From Caulobacter sp. (lineage in GTDB: Bacteria; Pseudomonadota; Alphaproteobacteria; Caulobacterales; Caulobacteraceae), in contig JBIKII010000001.1 of the NCBI GenBank assembly GCA_044361705.1, positions 1 to 62,043 of the forward strand: a DNA stretch of 62,043 nucleotides. Direction: 5' to 3'. Made by a program: the position numbers and the translations under genes. This document shows, piece by piece, positions 1 to 8,281 of this stretch. Each line of letters starts with the position of its first letter. Position 1 is the first letter of the stretch. The notes under the pieces are model-generated. The model searched no databases and was not told the DNA's origin. It was given only the letters and a program-made list of their open reading frames with translations.

Positions 1-108
1 GAGCGGCTTCCTGATTGCGGCTGATCGGGGTGTCAGTCTGGGAACGGCGCGGCCGACGTGCGCCCTCTGTTCGGGGGGTAGAACGGCCTGCCGCGCCCGC
101 AGGGGCGT

Positions 109-972
109 CTACCAGGTCCCGAAGGTCGGGCTCAGCGCCTTGGCGCCGGACATCACATCGCAGCGGCGCATCATCGCCAGCAAAGGCGCCCGGTCGCCGC
201 GTTCAAAGCGTTCGTAGGCCGCGTTGGCCGCCGCGTCGCCGTCGATCAGCTTGCTCTGGGCGTCAATCTTCGCACGGCCTTCCGGCGTATTGGGGTAGCT
301 CGGGTGCTTCCCGTCGAAACCGTGGATGATCTTCGACAACGCCTCATAGTCAGCCGAGATGGCGTCCTTTCGCGCCCCGGTCGCCGACGCGAGAGGATCG
401 AGCAGCAGGGACTGCATGATCGCGGCCCGCTCGGAGCACAGGATCGCCGCCTTCTCGACCGGCGTGAAGTTTACGGGCGGCGCGGCGGCCGCCAGCGCCG
501 CCATGCGATCGCCCATCAGCGCCAGCTGCTGCTCTGGCCCGCGTGTCGCGACCGCTTCGCCGGGGAGCGGCTTGTCCCCGCAGATCGCCGCGAACAGGGG
601 GAAGGTGCGGTCCATGGGAGCCCATTCGTCCTGGCCGGTTCTCGCCGCCATCATCTTGAGATCAGCGCCGAAATAGCGGATGCCGCCATTGCGGAACTGG
701 CCGGTCGCGCAGTCGAGCTGGACGAGCCGCATCTCGCCGCGGCGGGCCAGAATGCTGTCGGGCGCCGCGTTCGCGGACAACGGGTCGCGCCAGCGCCAGA
801 GCATGAAGAAACCGATCAACTGGCCTGACCTGCGCACCGTGCTGGGCGCGTAGGCGGCGGCCTGGGCGGTCTCGACCGATACGATCCGCCAGTCCAGCGC
901 GGGAGCGGCCTGCGCCACTGCGGCCGCCGGAACCGCGATCAAGGCGAGGCCGGCAAGGAACAGACTGCGCAT
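109..972 (-). CDS. Secreted hypothetical protein; N-terminal part resembles surface-adhesin E-like domains
   Basis: 287-aa ORF; signal peptide MRSLFLAGLALIAVPAAAVAQA; two Cys pairs (LDC...AIC, ILC...RRC). Confidence 0.6.
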   Translation of the reverse strand: MRSLFLAGLALIAVPAAAVAQAAPALDWRIVSVETAQAAAYAPSTVRRSGQLIGFFMLWRWRDPLSANAAPDSILARRGEMRLVQLDCATGQFRNGGIRYFGADLKMMAARTGQDEWAPMDRTFPLFAAICGDKPLPGEAVATRGPEQQLALMGDRMAALAAAAPPVNFTPVEKAAILCSERAAIMQSLLLDPLASATGARKDAISADYEALSKIIHGFDGKHPSYPNTPEGRAKIDAQSKLIDGDAAANAAYERFERGDRAPLLAMMRRCDVMSGAKALSPTFGTW

Positions 973-1051
973 CGTTGGAGCCCTGGTCGCTAAAGTGGTC
1001 AGGAACCCTAGCCGTCCGGGGGCGCGCCCGCATGACTGGAAAGTGGGGGTC

Positions 1052-2584
1052 TTACCCCTGGGCGTCGAAGAAGGCGTCCGGGTCCTCGACCTCGACCAGC
1101 TTTCCCCGGCGGATCTCCAGGAAGCGTGTCGCCGCCGTGCGGGTGAAGTAGCGGTCGTGGGAGACGAACAGGCAGGAGACCTCGCTCTCCTCCAGCTGTG
1201 CCTCCAGCGCCTCCTGGCCCTCGATGTCGAGGTGGTTGGTCGGCTCGTCGAGCAGGTAGAGGTTGGGCCGTTCCAGCTTCATGCGCAGGAACATCAGCCG
1301 CGAGCGCTCGCCGTAGCTGAGCAGGGCGATCGGCTGCTGGATGCGGGTGAAGGAGAACCCGGCCTGGGCCAGCAGGCGCGTGGCGTCTCGGTCGGTGGCG
1401 TCCGGCGCTGAGGCGACATAGTCGAGCAGGGTCGACTTCAGCGGGAGGGCCCGCATCGACTGGTCGAACACCGCCAGCCGGGTCGCGGGGTTGAACCGCA
1501 CGGCGGCCTGGCCGTCGTAGTGCTCGCGCGCCGGGTCGAACGCCGCCGCCAGCGCGGTCAGCAGGGTCGACTTGCCGGCCCCGTTGACGCCCAGGATGGC
1601 GATGCGGTCGCCGGCCGCCACGTTGAGCCGGTCGATGGTGATCAGGGTGCGGGCGTCGTCCGGCGTCTTCACCGTCAGCCCATGCACGCGCAGCGCCACC
1701 TTGGCCTCGATCTCGGCGTCGGACAGTTCCAGCCTGCGCTCGCGGGAGACCCAGGCGTTGGTGCGGTCGGCCTCGATGCGGGCGATGCGGGTCTCGATGG
1801 CGGCCTTGCGCTTGTTCAGGTCCGGGTTCTTTACCGCCCAGACCTTGTAGCGGGCGGCGGCGGCCTCGAGCCGCTTGACCTCCTTCTCCTCCAGCTTGCG
1901 GTGCGCGGCGGCGACGGCGTCGCGGCGCAGCAGTTCCTCGCGCGCGGTCGAGAACGAGGTCTTGAAGGCGTGCATCCCGTCCGACCGGAGGAACAGGGTG
2001 CGGTCGGTGACCCGGTTCAGGAACTCGCGGTCATGGGAGACGATCAGCATCGGCACGTCGAACCCGGCCGTCAGCCAGAGCTCCAGCGTGTTGATGTTGG
2101 ACAGGTCCAGGTGGTTGGTCGGCTCGTCGAGCAGCAGGATGTCCGGCTCCTCCAGCCGCGCCGCCGCCGCGATCAGCATCAGGCGCTGCCAGCCGCCTGA
2201 CAGCGAGCCGAAGGTCTGGTCGGCCACCTCCGCCGCGACGCCGATCTCGTCCAGCAGCACGTCGATGCGCCAGTCGTCGTCGCCGCAGCCGATGGTCTCC
2301 AGCGAGCGGCGCAGCACCTCGCGGACGGGCAGGTCTGCGAGGCCCTCCGGCGTGTCCTGCGGCAGCGAGCCGACGCGCAGGCTGCGCGAGCGGATCACCT
2401 GGCCCTTGTCGAGCTCCAGCTCCCCGGTCAGGCAGCGCAGCAGCGTAGACTTGCCGGCGCCGTTCTCGCCGACCAGGGCGGTGCGGGCGCCGTCGAGCAG
2501 GAAGGACACGGTCTCGAACACGGGCGTCGCGCCGTGGCCGAAACTCGCGTTCTCCATCCCCAGCACGGCCTGTCGCGGCGCCAT
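1052..2584 (-). CDS. ABC-F family ATPase (tandem ABC domains, no TM domain)
   Basis: Two Walker A (GENGAGKS, GVNGAGKS), signatures LSGGW/LSYGE, two DEPTNHLD and two SHDR motifs; start set at ATG 2584 (MAPRQ) after GGGA. Confidence 0.9.
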   Translation of the reverse strand: MAPRQAVLGMENASFGHGATPVFETVSFLLDGARTALVGENGAGKSTLLRCLTGELELDKGQVIRSRSLRVGSLPQDTPEGLADLPVREVLRRSLETIGCGDDDWRIDVLLDEIGVAAEVADQTFGSLSGGWQRLMLIAAAARLEEPDILLLDEPTNHLDLSNINTLELWLTAGFDVPMLIVSHDREFLNRVTDRTLFLRSDGMHAFKTSFSTAREELLRRDAVAAAHRKLEEKEVKRLEAAAARYKVWAVKNPDLNKRKAAIETRIARIEADRTNAWVSRERRLELSDAEIEAKVALRVHGLTVKTPDDARTLITIDRLNVAAGDRIAILGVNGAGKSTLLTALAAAFDPAREHYDGQAAVRFNPATRLAVFDQSMRALPLKSTLLDYVASAPDATDRDATRLLAQAGFSFTRIQQPIALLSYGERSRLMFLRMKLERPNLYLLDEPTNHLDIEGQEALEAQLEESEVSCLFVSHDRYFTRTAATRFLEIRRGKLVEVEDPDAFFDAQG

Positions 2585-2658
2585 GATCGTTCCCGTGTTC
2601 GTCGGCCCGATGGGCCGAGGCGAAGGGCTAGCCGAAATGAAGCGGCGCGCCAAACGGG

Positions 2659-4191
2659 TCATGGGTTCGCCGATGCGGCGCTGGCCCCCACCCGGCGATA
2701 GATCAGCGCCTCGGCGACGTGCAGCCGCTTGACGCTCGCGGCGCCCTCGAGGTCGGCGATGGTTCGGGCCAGCCGCAGGGCGCGGGTCCAGCCGCGGGCG
2801 GTCAGGTGGCCGGCGTCGGCGGCGCGGGCCATCAGGGACCGGGCGGCCTCGTCCAGACCGGCGGCCTTGTCGAGGAAGTCGCCGTCGGCCATGGCGTTGA
2901 GCGGCGGTGCGCCGGACGGCCAGGTCCTGGCGCGGTCGACCTGGGCCTGTCGGGCGGCGGCGACCCGCGCGGCGACCTCGGCCGAGCCTTCCGACGGCGG
3001 CGGCAGGGCCAGGTCGGCGGCGCTGACCGGCGGCACGTCGATCTGCAGGTCGATGCGGTCGATCAGCGGCCCGGAAACGCGGCCCTGATAGTCGCGCTGG
3101 CAGCGCGGAGCCTTGCCGCAATAGCCCTTGCCCGGTCCGCCGTGGCCGCAGCGACAGGGGTTCTGGGCGGCGACCAGCTGCACCCGGGCCGGATAGCGGA
3201 TGTGGGCGTTGGCCCGGGCGACCATGACCTCGCCGGTTTCCAGTGGTGCGCGGAGGCTGTCGAGGGCTTGCGAACTGAATTCGGGGAGCTCGTCCAGGAA
3301 CAGGACGCCGTTATGCGCCAGGGAGACTTCGCCGGGCTTGGCTTTCAGCCCGCCGCCGGTCAGGGCCGCCATGCTGGCCGAGTGGTGCGGCGACCGGAAC
3401 GGTCGGGTCCGGGTCAGCTCGCCCCGGGCGATCAGCCCGGCCACCGAATGGACCATCGAGGTCTCGAGCAGTTCGGCCGGCGACAGCGGCGGCAGGATGC
3501 CGGGCAGCCGCTGGGCCATCATCGACTTGCCCGAACCGGGCGGGCCGCTGAACAGCAGATTGTGGCCCCCTGCGGCGGCGATCTCCAGCGCCCGCTTGGC
3601 CTGTTCCTGCCCCTTGACCTCGCGCAGGTCCGGGACGCGCCCGCCCTCGACGATGGGCCCGGGCTTGGGCTCCGACAGCAGCTGGGTTCCCCGGAAGTGG
3701 TTGATCAGCCCGATCAGCGAGCGCGGCGCGATAACCCGGGTGCCGCCGGCCCAGGCCGCCTCCGCGCCGCAGGGCTCGGGGCAGATCAGGCCCAGGTCCA
3801 TGGCCCCGGCCGCCACGGCGGCGGGCAGCACGCCCGCCACCGGGCTGATCGTGCCGTCCAGCGACAGCTCGCCCACCGCGACCCAGCCGTTCAGGGCGTC
3901 CGGCGGGATCACCCCCATGGCGCCCATGACCGCCAAGGCGATCGGCAGGTCGTAGTGGCTGCCCTCCTTGGGCAGGTCGGCGGGGGCCAGGTTCACGACG
4001 ATCCGCTTGCCCGGCATGGCGAGGCCCAGACCGGTGAAGGCGCCGCGCACCCGCTCCCGGCTTTCGGCCACCGCCTTGTCGCCCAGGCCGACCACGACCA
4101 TCACCTGTTCGCCGCCGGTCAGCTGGACCTCGACGTCGACGCGGCGCGCCTCGACACCCTGGAAGGCGACCGTCACCACGCGCGCGACCAT
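2659..4191 (-). CDS. comM: YifB/ComM family Mg-chelatase-like AAA+ ATPase
   Basis: ESRERVR, NLAPADLPKEGSHYDLPIA, GPPGSGKS, PGEVSLAHNGVLFLDE motifs. Confidence 0.93.
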   Translation of the reverse strand: MVARVVTVAFQGVEARRVDVEVQLTGGEQVMVVVGLGDKAVAESRERVRGAFTGLGLAMPGKRIVVNLAPADLPKEGSHYDLPIALAVMGAMGVIPPDALNGWVAVGELSLDGTISPVAGVLPAAVAAGAMDLGLICPEPCGAEAAWAGGTRVIAPRSLIGLINHFRGTQLLSEPKPGPIVEGGRVPDLREVKGQEQAKRALEIAAAGGHNLLFSGPPGSGKSMMAQRLPGILPPLSPAELLETSMVHSVAGLIARGELTRTRPFRSPHHSASMAALTGGGLKAKPGEVSLAHNGVLFLDELPEFSSQALDSLRAPLETGEVMVARANAHIRYPARVQLVAAQNPCRCGHGGPGKGYCGKAPRCQRDYQGRVSGPLIDRIDLQIDVPPVSAADLALPPPSEGSAEVAARVAAARQAQVDRARTWPSGAPPLNAMADGDFLDKAAGLDEAARSLMARAADAGHLTARGWTRALRLARTIADLEGAASVKRLHVAEALIYRRVGASAASANP

Positions 4192-4218
4192 GCCGCCTCC
4201 CGCTACAGCCCCTGTGAC

Positions 4219-4227
4219 TTATCCACA
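4219..4227 (+). promoter_or_regulatory. DnaA box upstream of comM
   Basis: Perfect TTATCCACA 9-mer in the comM upstream region. Confidence 0.6.
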
Positions 4228-4257
4228 GATGCAACCATGACGGGCAGGAAAGATCAA

Positions 4258-4272
4258 GAACGAAAAGTGAAC
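4258..4272. promoter_or_regulatory. LexA (SOS) box upstream of comM
   Basis: GAAC-GAAAAGT-GAAC matches the alphaproteobacterial GAAC-N7-GAAC (GTTC-N7-GTTC) consensus. Confidence 0.8.
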
Positions 4273-4315
4273 CAAAAAAGAAGACGAGGTGAATCAGTCG
4301 GGTAGCCGACAGACT

Positions 4316-5266
4316 TCATCCATTGCTTCGGATGGCCTCGATACGGTCGAACAGAACGGCCGCGGCGTCGGCGCCGCCGAACCGCTTCAGCTGCTGGGCC
4401 CCGGTCGGGGAGGTGACGTTGATCTCGGTCAGGTAGTCGCCGATGACGTCGATGCCGACGAACAGCAGGCCGCGGCGCTTCAGCTCCGGCCCGATGATGG
4501 CGCAGAGCTCCAGGTCGCGCGCGGTCAGCTCGACCGCCGCCGCCCGGCCGCCGCGGGCGAGGTTGGAGCGGACCTGCCCTTCAGCGGGGATGCGGTTGAT
4601 CGCCCCGACCGGCTCGCCGTCGACCAGCAGAACGCGCTTGTCGCCCTTGCTGACGGCGGGGATGAACTTCTGGGCGATGACCTGCTCGCGGCTGATCATG
4701 GCGTGGAGCTCGAGCAGCGCGTCGAGGTTGGGGTCATCGGCCTTCAGCCGCACAACGCCCGAGCCGCCGCCGCCGTACAGGGGCTTGAGCACCATGTCGC
4801 CGTGCCGCTCGCGGAAGTCGTAGATGGCGTCGATGTCGCTGGTGATCAGGGTCGGCGGCTGCACGCCCGGGAAGTCGGTGACGAACAGCTTCTCCGGCGC
4901 GTTGCGCACCTCGGTCGGGTTGTTCACCACCAGCACCTTCGGATGGACCTTGTCCAGGAAGTGGGTGGCGGTGATGTAGGCCATGTCGAACGGCGGATCC
5001 TGGCGCATCAGCACCACGTCGATGTCGTCGGCCAGGTCCAGCAGCACCGGTTCGCCCAGGGTGACGTGGTCGCCCTTCACCGCCCGCAGCGTCGCCGGCC
5101 GGGCCCGGGCGCGGACGCGGCCCTCCTCCAGCGACAGCTTGTCGGGGGTGTAGACCCACAGCCGGTGGCCCCGGCTCTGGGCCTCCATCATCATCAGGAA
5201 GCTGGAGTCGGTCTCGATGTTGATCCCCTCGACGGGGTCCATCTGCACGGCGACCTTCAGCGACAT
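4316..5266 (-). CDS. gshB: Glutathione synthetase
   Basis: [32 protein letters not shown] motifs. Confidence 0.97.
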   Translation of the reverse strand: MSLKVAVQMDPVEGINIETDSSFLMMMEAQSRGHRLWVYTPDKLSLEEGRVRARARPATLRAVKGDHVTLGEPVLLDLADDIDVVLMRQDPPFDMAYITATHFLDKVHPKVLVVNNPTEVRNAPEKLFVTDFPGVQPPTLITSDIDAIYDFRERHGDMVLKPLYGGGGSGVVRLKADDPNLDALLELHAMISREQVIAQKFIPAVSKGDKRVLLVDGEPVGAINRIPAEGQVRSNLARGGRAAAVELTARDLELCAIIGPELKRRGLLFVGIDVIGDYLTEINVTSPTGAQQLKRFGGADAAAVLFDRIEAIRSNG

Positions 5267-5347
5267 GGGGGCGTTCCTTCAGCGCCGACGACCGGCGGCC
5301 TTCGACTTAGCCACTCGACAGCGCCTTCGCCAGTGGCGGAGGCATAC

Positions 5348-6163
5348 CTAGTTCAACCGCAGCCTCACCCGCTCCCGCGCCGCCCGGGCCGCGAGGGCCG
5401 CGCCGCCATCCAGCTGCTGGGCCCGGCCGAGCGCCTGCAGGGCGCCGGCCAGGGCGCCCTGGCCTTCGCGGGCGCGGGCCACATCGAGCCAGGGGCGGTG
5501 GTCGTCGGGGTCGAGCAGCGCGCGGCGCAGGGCCGAGCGCTCGGCGCGGGGCCAGTCGCCGGCCGCCTGGGCGCGGGCGAAGATGTTGTTCTGCAGCCGG
5601 ATCAGCACCTGACGGTCGGTGGTCGGCGCCATCAGAAGGTCCAGCCGGCCGGCCACGTCGGGCGTCAGGCCCGTGCGCAGCGCCCGCCGTGACAGCTCCG
5701 AGGGCAGCACCACCCGGCCTTCGCTGAACGGGTCCAGGGCCAGCGGACCCTCGACCGTCTCGATCCGCAGCAGGAAGTGGCCCGGAAAATCAACGCCCTT
5801 CACGTCCAGCCCCGTCTGGCGGGCGGCGTGCAGATAGAAGACGCCGAGCGAGACCGGAATGCCCTTGCGCCGCTCGGCCACGGCGATGATGTCGGCGTTG
5901 GCCTGGTCCTCGAAGGTCATCAGGTCGCCCTGCAGGCGCAGATCGCCGGCCATCGATTCGGCGATGGCCTCCTCCGGCGACTCGGTCTCGAGACGGCGGG
6001 CGAGGTGGGCCGCGCCCTCGGCGCCCAGCGCGCGGGCGGCGGTCTCGTCACGGCTGTCATCGTCGTGGACCGCGCAGGCGATGGCGGCCTCGAACAGGGC
6101 AAAGCCCTCGTCCGGTCCGCTCCCGACCTCGGTCAGAAATCCCTCGGCTTCGTCCCGTGTCAT
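5348..6163 (-). CDS. SirB1-like transglutaminase-like/TPR protein
   Basis: RRKGIPVSLG and GVDFPGHFLLR motifs, C-terminal TPR-like helices. Confidence 0.8.
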   Translation of the reverse strand: MTRDEAEGFLTEVGSGPDEGFALFEAAIACAVHDDDSRDETAARALGAEGAAHLARRLETESPEEAIAESMAGDLRLQGDLMTFEDQANADIIAVAERRKGIPVSLGVFYLHAARQTGLDVKGVDFPGHFLLRIETVEGPLALDPFSEGRVVLPSELSRRALRTGLTPDVAGRLDLLMAPTTDRQVLIRLQNNIFARAQAAGDWPRAERSALRRALLDPDDHRPWLDVARAREGQGALAGALQALGRAQQLDGGAALAARAARERVRLRLN

Positions 6164-6166
6164 GCC

Positions 6167-6541
6167 TCAGGCGCCCCTCCACGCATCGGGAATATGGCGC
6201 GGCAGGCGGCCCGGGGCGAGGGCGATCAGGTCGAGGCGGATGGTCGCGGCCTTCAGCGCCGGTCGGCCGGCGGCGATGGCCATGGCCGAGCGGCGCAGGC
6301 GCTCGCGCTGCTCGGCATGGACGGCCTCCAGGGCGTTCTCCAGCGTGGTGCGCCGTTTCACCTCGATCACCGCCAGCACGCCGCCCTTCAGGGCCAGGAT
6401 GTCGATCTCGCCCTGGGGCGCGGTCAGGCGGAAACCGAGGATGCGATAGCCGCGCGCCATCAGCAGCAGGGCGGCCAGCACCTCGCCGCGCCGGCCCGAG
6501 CGCCGGGCCGCCTGGCCACGCGCGCTGCGGGCCGCTGTCAT
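6167..6541 (-). CDS. yraN: YraN family (UPF0102) putative nuclease
   Basis: GEIDILA...IEVKRR motif; conserved position next to rsmI. Confidence 0.9.
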   Translation of the reverse strand: MTAARSARGQAARRSGRRGEVLAALLLMARGYRILGFRLTAPQGEIDILALKGGVLAVIEVKRRTTLENALEAVHAEQRERLRRSAMAIAAGRPALKAATIRLDLIALAPGRLPRHIPDAWRGA

Positions 6542-7407
6542 CGATCGTCCTTGAGGGCCAGGGCCCGGCGGTAGAGATCGCGGCGGTTGAGGCCCAGGGA
6601 CTTGGCCACCTCCGACGCCGCCTCGCCGGGCGCAAGCCGCGTCAGGGCCTCGGCCAGGGCCAGGTCGGCGTCGGCCTCGCTGGCCACCTCGGCGACGCCC
6701 GGCCCGACGAGAACGACGATCTCGCCCTTGGGCTCCTCCAGCGCCGGGTCGACGGCCAGCTGGTCCAGCGTGCCGCGAACGGCGGTCTCGTAGAGCTTGG
6801 TCAGCTCCCGCGTCACCGCCGCCTGGCGCGGCCCGAAAACGGCCAGCATGTCCTCGAGGCTGGCGCGCAGGCGCGGCCCGGTTTCGTAGAAGATCAGCGT
6901 CGCCCGGGCCTGGGCGAACTCGGCCAGGAAGGTGCGCCGCGCCGCGCTCTTGGGGGGCGTAAAGCCGGCGAACAGGAAGCGGTCGGTGGGTAGACCCGCC
7001 AGCGTCAGCGCCGCCAGCGCCGCCGAGGGGCCGGGGATCGGGAAGACGCGGAAGCCGGCCTCGACCACCTCCTTCACCAGCCGGTAGCCGGGATCGGAGA
7101 CCAGCGGCGTGCCGGCGTCGGAGACCAGCGCGATGCTCTGGCCGGCCTCCAGCGCCGCCATGATCCGCGGCCGCGCCCGCTCGGCGGCGTGCTCGTCATA
7201 GCGGGCCATGGTCTTGGACAGGCCGTAGGCGGCCAGCAGCTTGCCGGTCACCCGGGTGTCCTCGGCCAGCAGCAGGTCGCAGCCGCTCAGCACGTCCAGC
7301 GCCCGCAGCGTGATGTCGCGCAGGTTCCCGATCGGCGTCGCCACCACATAGAGGCCGGGCTCCAGCGGGACGTCGGACAGCGGTGGCGGCGGCGGGTGGC
7401 GGGACAA
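6538..7407 (-). CDS. rsmI: 16S rRNA (cytidine1402-2'-O)-methyltransferase
   Basis: LYVVATPIGNLRDIT, AEDTR, SDAGTPLVSDPG, RELTKLYE. Confidence 0.95.
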   Translation of the reverse strand: MSRHPPPPPLSDVPLEPGLYVVATPIGNLRDITLRALDVLSGCDLLLAEDTRVTGKLLAAYGLSKTMARYDEHAAERARPRIMAALEAGQSIALVSDAGTPLVSDPGYRLVKEVVEAGFRVFPIPGPSAALAALTLAGLPTDRFLFAGFTPPKSAARRTFLAEFAQARATLIFYETGPRLRASLEDMLAVFGPRQAAVTRELTKLYETAVRGTLDQLAVDPALEEPKGEIVVLVGPGVAEVASEADADLALAEALTRLAPGEAASEVAKSLGLNRRDLYRRALALKDDR

Positions 7408-7498
7408 ACGAAGCTCCGGAGCGGAACAGGAGAGCGCCTTGCCCGCTGTCGTCAGTCAAGGGATAGAAGCACAGGGCCTTCACCCGGAGCATCGTTCG

Positions 7499-8131
7499 AT
7501 GAAGAAGCTGATCGCCGGATTCGTGCTGCTCGCTGTCGTGGCGGTGGCGATTCTCGGGGCGTGGTGGTGGTTCGACGTCCGCCAGCGGCCGAAGGTGATC
7601 ACGAAGAACCAGGCCGAGATCGGCCGGCTGCTGGAGACCGCCGGCTGGGTGTCGCCGGGCCGGACCGGGCCGAAGCTCTACATGGTCAGCTATCGCGACT
7701 GCCCGGGCTGCGAACAGTTCAGCGCCGAGAACTTCGCGGACCTGCACGCGGCGCAGGTCGACACCCGCGTCATCGTCATCGCCCGTCCCGATCTGAACGG
7801 CCAGACGCAGTCGACCGCCGCCGAGCGGGCCACCGTGGCCGAGCTGTGGCTCAGCCGCAGCTGGCCGCGCTATGAGCGCTGGACGGCCGCGCCGTCCACC
7901 GCCTGGACCGCTGCCGGCATCGCGCCGGCCGACGGCGACATGGCGCGCACCGCCGTGATCGAGGCCGGCCGGGGCCTGGTGGACCGGCTGACGCCGATGC
8001 TCAAGGCCAACGGGGTCGCGTTCGACTATCCCGTTCTGGTCTGGTGGTCGGCGGACGGCCAGATGAAGACCTGCGCCTGCACGACCAAGGCGTCCGCCAA
8101 GGCCCTGCGCAAGGACCTGGGCGTTCAGTAG
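7499..8131 (+). CDS. Membrane-anchored thioredoxin-fold (CxxC) hypothetical protein
   Basis: N-terminal TM/signal MKKLIAGFVLLAVVAVAILGAWWWF; CPGC after a beta strand; YP motif near C-terminus. Confidence 0.6.
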   Translation: MKKLIAGFVLLAVVAVAILGAWWWFDVRQRPKVITKNQAEIGRLLETAGWVSPGRTGPKLYMVSYRDCPGCEQFSAENFADLHAAQVDTRVIVIARPDLNGQTQSTAAERATVAELWLSRSWPRYERWTAAPSTAWTAAGIAPADGDMARTAVIEAGRGLVDRLTPMLKANGVAFDYPVLVWWSADGQMKTCACTTKASAKALRKDLGVQ

Positions 8132-8152
8132 GCGGCGGTTGACGCTCGGATG

Positions 8153-8262
8153 CTCCCCTCTGGAGGAGATGTCGGCCCGAAAGGGCTGACTGAGGGGGTC
8201 ATCGAACAGCTCTGCGACCCCCACCGTCTCGCCTTCGGCGAGCCACCTCCCCCAGAGGGGAG
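8153..8262. repeat. Palindromic REP-like doublet, family 2 (CTCCCC...GGGGAG)
   Basis: Terminal inverted arms CTCCCCTCTGGAGGAG / CTCCCCCAGAGGGGAG with internal hairpins GCCC-GAAA-GGGC and CTCGCC-TTC-GGCGAG; between convergent genes. Confidence 0.75.
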
Positions 8263-8281
8263 GACCCACGACCAGCCCGGC

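Noticed and set aside
1052-2584. Calling the ABC-F an antibiotic resistance gene
   Set aside because: Subfamily cannot be assigned by eye; no leader peptide or mobile context
2585-3121. N-terminal extension of the ABC-F ORF (689 aa)
   Set aside because: Overlaps comM in another frame and is Arg/Pro/Gly-rich; the ABC domain begins right after ATG 2584
4192-4315. Replication origin suggested by a DnaA box and dnaN/recF/gyrB in the window
   Set aside because: Single box, no box cluster or unwinding element, and no dnaA, hemE or parS seen
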